From Eledone cirrhosa (taxonomy: Eukaryota): a DNA stretch of 64,000 nucleotides. The stretch spans positions 1 through 64,000 of the forward strand of contig CAXHJY010000994.1 of NCBI GenBank assembly GCA_964016885.1, in the 5' to 3' direction. Positions 58,259 to 64,000 of this stretch are shown here, piece after piece (position 1 is the stretch's first letter; each line of letters starts with the position of its first letter). The notes under the pieces were generated by a model, which was not told where the DNA came from, ran no database searches, and saw only the letters and a program-made list of their open reading frames with translations. Position numbers and translations under genes: made by a program.

Positions 58259-59514
58259 ATCTGTGTATGTCTAAATAGTAACATCGAAGACCGGATCAAA
58301 GCTTCTCTTACGAATATTTTCCTCTCTCTCTCTCCCTATCTTTGTATCTGAATTCATATATTTATTTACTCATTTCCACACCAGCCACCACCACCATCAC
58401 CACCACCATCACCACAACCACCACCATCACTGCCAGCCAGCACCATCACCACCATCATCATCACATCACCACCCCACCGTCACTTTCACCAGCAAACCAT
58501 CACCACCACCCCACTGCCGCCACCACCATCACCACCATCATCACATCGCCACCACCACCACCGTCACTTTCACCAGCAAACCATCACCACCACCATCGCT
58601 TCCACCTCCCCACCACCACCAACCATCATCACCACCATCACCACCACCATCGCTTCCCCCCCCCCCAACCACCACCACCGACCATCATCACCACCACCAC
58701 CACTACCACCGTCACATTCACCAGCAGACCGTCACCACCACCATCGCTTCCACCGACCATCATCACCACCATCACCACCACCACCACCGTCACTTTCACC
58801 AGCAAACCATCACCACCACCACCATCAGCTATCATGACCATCATCACCACCTCCACCAGCCAACCACATCTTCACCACCACAACCCCCCCCCCCCCATAT
58901 ATATTTATTTATTGTGCTTCAAGTCTTCCTGCACTGGCGGGTGTGTTGGCGGCGGCATCTGATGAAGCATCAGTCTTGTCTAGTTATTATTATAATATAT
59001 TTTTTGTTTAAGTCAGAGTTCCATTGTTACTAACACAAGAACCCATTTCCAAATTGCTTCGCTCATTATTATTGAAATTCCTTTGAAAAAATGTGTAAAA
59101 AAAAAAAAATTTAAATTTAAAAAAAAAGAGAAAATAAAAATAAGAATAAAAAATTAACAAATTAAAAATAATAATAAAATAAAAATAAATAAACGCCTCC
59201 TTCTCTACCCCAATCACTTTTTGCTCCTTGCTTTAAGCGACTTTTTAATTTTTTTCTCGTTATGTATGTGTGTGTGTGTGTTAGTGAGTGTGTGTGTGTG
59301 TACGTGTTTGTGTGTGTGTGTTAGTGTGTGTGTGTGTGTACGTGAATGTGTCTGTGTGTGCGTGTGTGTGTGTACGTATATATGTGTGTATGTACGTATA
59401 TGTCTGTCTGTGTAGGTATGTGTGTGTATGTTTGTGTACGTATATGTGTGTGTATGTGTGTGTACGTATGTATGTATGTGTGTATGCATGTATGTATGTG
59501 TGTGTGTGTACGTG

Positions 59515-59576
<62 letters not shown>

Positions 59577-60079
59577 TGTGTGTATGTATATGTGTGGGTG
59601 TGTGTGTGCCCGTGTGTATGTATATGTGTGTGTGCGTGTAATTTTTCTCATTTTCATATTTGCATTTATTTTAATTTTTCTCCTCTTGTTTCAATAAATT
59701 ATTTACGACATTCATATATTTATATATCATATTTTATATCATATATTTATATATATTTTATATCATATATTTATATATCATATTTTATATCATATATTTA
59801 TATATATTTTATATCATATATTTATATATCATATTTTATATCATATATTTATATATATTTTATATCATATATTTATATATCATATTTTATATCATATATT
59901 TATATATATTTTATATCATATATTTATATATATTTTATATCATATATTTATATATCATATTTTATATCATATTTTATATCATATTTTTTTTGTTATACTT
60001 TAACTGTTTTAGTTTATTCATTCCATGTTTTTTAATTTAGATTGTATCCATTAAAATTAGATAGATAGAAGAAAAAACT

Positions 60080-60117
<38 letters not shown>

Positions 60118-60153
60118 GCATACATACATATATATATACACAAATGTACACAC

Positions 60154-60190
<37 letters not shown>

Positions 60191-60516
60191 CAAATAGACA
60201 TATTTATATATATATACAAATATACACACACATATATATATATACAAATATACATACATATATATGTACAAATATACACACACACACATATATATATGTA
60301 TATCAATATATATATATATATACATATATATACATATAAATATATGTATATCAATATATATATATATATATACATATATATACATATATACATATATATA
60401 TATATACAAATATACATATATATATACACAAATATACATATATATATATACATACACATATATATGCAAATATACATATATATATATATACATATATGAA
60501 ATATGTATATAAATGC

Positions 60517-60557
<41 letters not shown>

Positions 60558-60566
60558 TATAAACAT

Positions 60567-60608
<42 letters not shown>

Positions 60609-60615
60609 ATGTTTA

Positions 60616-60646
<31 letters not shown>

Positions 60647-60661
60647 CATATATATAAACAT

Positions 60662-60707
<46 letters not shown>

Positions 60708-60721
60708 ATGTTTATATATAT

Positions 60722-60753
<32 letters not shown>

Positions 60754-62185
60754 TACATAGATATATATGAAAATATATATATGTACTCATACACACTTAA
60801 AATCCCCACACATACATACATACACACACACATACACACGGCTAGACATCCTTCAAACGTATCATATCTAACCACTACACGCATGCGCCACTTACTTACA
60901 CGCTAACAATCATCACTTACATTTGCATGCACACGTACAAAGCTCAAACAAAAATTGTTCAAATTAACGACAATTTTTCAAATATCTATTCAAAGGCAGA
61001 AGCTTTTTTGTGTAATTTGGCTGAACGATTCTTTCAACTCCATCCCCTCCACTGTCATTGACTCACTCTCTATCTCTTTCACTCTCTCTCTCTCTCCTAA
61101 ATGTCCATAATTAGTAATATAATTAAAAGCATATCACGATTACATTATATTATAATTTATTTTTATTTATCTATTTGATTGTTATTTTCATTTTTTTTTT
61201 TTTTTTGAAAATTAATTTTATTCTTTGTTTCTTTACTATTGTTGTTGTTGTTGTTATTTTTATAGCAATATTATTTAATATTATTGGCAGTATCCGTAGA
61301 GGGTCGGACGTCATGCTTTGACGCAGAGAGTTACAGCGCTTTCTATTCTGAGTTCAAATCCTGCCGAGGTCAGCTTTGCCTTTCATCCTTACGGGCTTGA
61401 TAAAATAAAGTACCAGTAATGTACTGGGTAATTGCTGGCCTTGTGCCAAAAGTAGAAACAATTATTATTTAATATTAAGGGGGAGAGGATTGGCAGTATC
61501 GGTAGAGGGTTGGATGCCATGCTTTCCAGCATAGAGTTACATCCTTCTGCGGACTGAGTTCAAGTCCTGCCGAGGATAACTTTGACTTTCATCCTTACGG
61601 AGTCGTTAAAATAAAGTACCAGTTATGTATATATGTATATATATATATATATACACATATATATATATACACATATATATATACATATATATATATACAT
61701 AAATATATATACATATATATATATACACATATATATATACACATATATACACACATATATATATACATATATATATAGACATATATATACACATATATAT
61801 ACACACATATATATACACATATATATACACATATATATAGACATATATATATACACATATATATATACACATATATATATACACATATATATATACACAT
61901 ATATATATATACATATATATATACACATATATATATACACATATATATATACACATATATATATACACATATATATATACACATATATATATACACATAT
62001 ATATATATACACATATATATATACATATATATATACATATATATATACATATATATATATACATATATATATATACATATATATATATATATGTATGTAT
62101 ATACATGTATATATATAATGTATATATATACATGTATATACATATATATATATACATATATATACATATATATACATATTTATAT

Positions 62186-62220
<35 letters not shown>

Positions 62221-62320
62221 CATATATATATACATCTATATATACACACATATATATATACAGATATATATACATATATATAAATATACAAATATATATA
62301 CACATATATATATATATATA

Positions 62321-62929
62321 TGGTGGCTGCCAACTCGTTTTCGAGTACGGCCACTACTTTATATCCATGTAGGAGAACCCCTACCGATGCCCTGAACAAG
62401 TGTGACTTTTTAGTCCAGCCAGTGACTTGAAAACTCTGGTACAAACACTACACCTGTGACAATTATTGACACATAGTGCTGGGCCCATGGTACCATGTGA
62501 CGACAAGTGCAGAGAGATCTCCAGATATAAAGCAATGCCTGTGCCGTGAAGCTTTTATAGTGAGCAAAGGCACTGCACAAAGCCAGTCCCACTCTCTTAA
62601 CCAAGATGATATTTACCAAAAAGAAGAACAAGTCAACATCATTGGATACCATCAGGGTTGCAGGTGTTATATCAGAGTTTTCCTTCTCCTAGAATTCTGC
62701 CTTGACAAAGGCTAAGGGGTCATCTCTCCCGGTGATTTTGAATGGCCATTGACTCTTAAGAGCTCCTTTGCCCTTTGACAGGTTTTGTTTTTAGTCCTGC
62801 AGGATGTCCAAAGTCACCCTCCTCACCAAGAAACCTTGGTGGGGTTGCCAGTTTAGTCGCCAACGACCCGACCATGAGACAGGTTGTACTGGGATACATG
62901 TTACCAGTAGCACCAACTGGTGACCTGAC
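62321..62929 (-). mobile_element. Non-autonomous RTE-derived element (5' UTR joined to 3' end)
   Basis: Minus strand carries ctaggagaaggaaaactctgat (RTE 5' UTR-like) and ends tggccgtactcgaaaacgagttggcagccacca (RTE 3'-end-like); no RT ORF between them. Confidence 0.55.
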
Positions 62930-63300
62930 ACATATATATATATACAGATATATATATACACATATATATACATATATATATACACATATATATATACACA
63001 TATATATATACATATATATATACACATATATATATATATACCCATATATATATACTCATATATATATACCCATATATATACACATATATATATACCCATA
63101 TATATATACACATATATATATACATATATATATATACATATATATATATACATATATATATATATACATATATATATATACATATATATATATACATATA
63201 TATATACATACATATATATATATATACATATATATACATATATATATACATATATATATACATATATATATATGTGTATATATATATATTTATATATATG

Positions 63301-63331
<31 letters not shown>

Positions 63332-63613
63332 ATGTATATATATGTACATATATATACATATATATATATATACATATATATACATATATATAGATATATA
63401 TACATATATATAAATATATATATATATATACATATGTATACATATATTTTCATATATATATATATATATGTGTGTGTGTATTCTCTTTATAGATATATAT
63501 GTATTCTCTTTATATATATATATTATATATAGATACATAGATATTCTATAAATGTATATATATATATACGTTATATATATATGTATATATACACATTATA
63601 TATACATATATAT

Positions 63614-63668
<55 letters not shown>

Positions 63669-63736
63669 GCAAATGGCAAACAGAAATAAATCAAACGACA
63701 CAGTACAATGAAGAAATATGTTATTAATTTTAAGCT

Positions 63737-63802
<66 letters not shown>

Positions 63803-63803
63803 T

Positions 63804-63966
<163 letters not shown>

Positions 63967-64000
63967 TGTATATATGTATGTGTGTGTGTGTGTGCGTGTG

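Overview
AT-rich, repeat-dominated animal genomic DNA. The very long (TA)n/(TATAC)n tracts and the SINE repertoire suggest an octopod cephalopod (inference). No host protein-coding gene can be supported, and nearly all ORF-track entries are microsatellite translations. Recognisable elements: (1) a Penelope-like element (PLE; RT + C-terminal GIY-YIG, 12101-14833) with a head-to-head inverted partial copy (10621-12100); (2) a decayed hAT-type DNA transposon; (3) Tc1/mariner remnants and MITEs; (4) CR1-, RTE-, RLE- and L1/Tx1-type LINE fragments; (5) about 25 copies of one tRNA-derived SINE and several of a second; (6) a 12x62-bp tandem array and a ~1.09-kb tandem duplication. Main finding: many short unique islands between the TA tracts belong to about eight non-coding sequence families carrying type I hammerhead ribozyme (HHR) motifs, found by manual folding. 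Most sit as head-to-head inverted pairs with both 3' ends pointing outward into microsatellite. One arm stops at a family-specific short end and the other at a long end 40-160 nt further on. The protein-coding PLE has the same geometry. One family occurs as a circularly permuted 463-nt unit, consistent with a circular-RNA (retrozyme-like) template.
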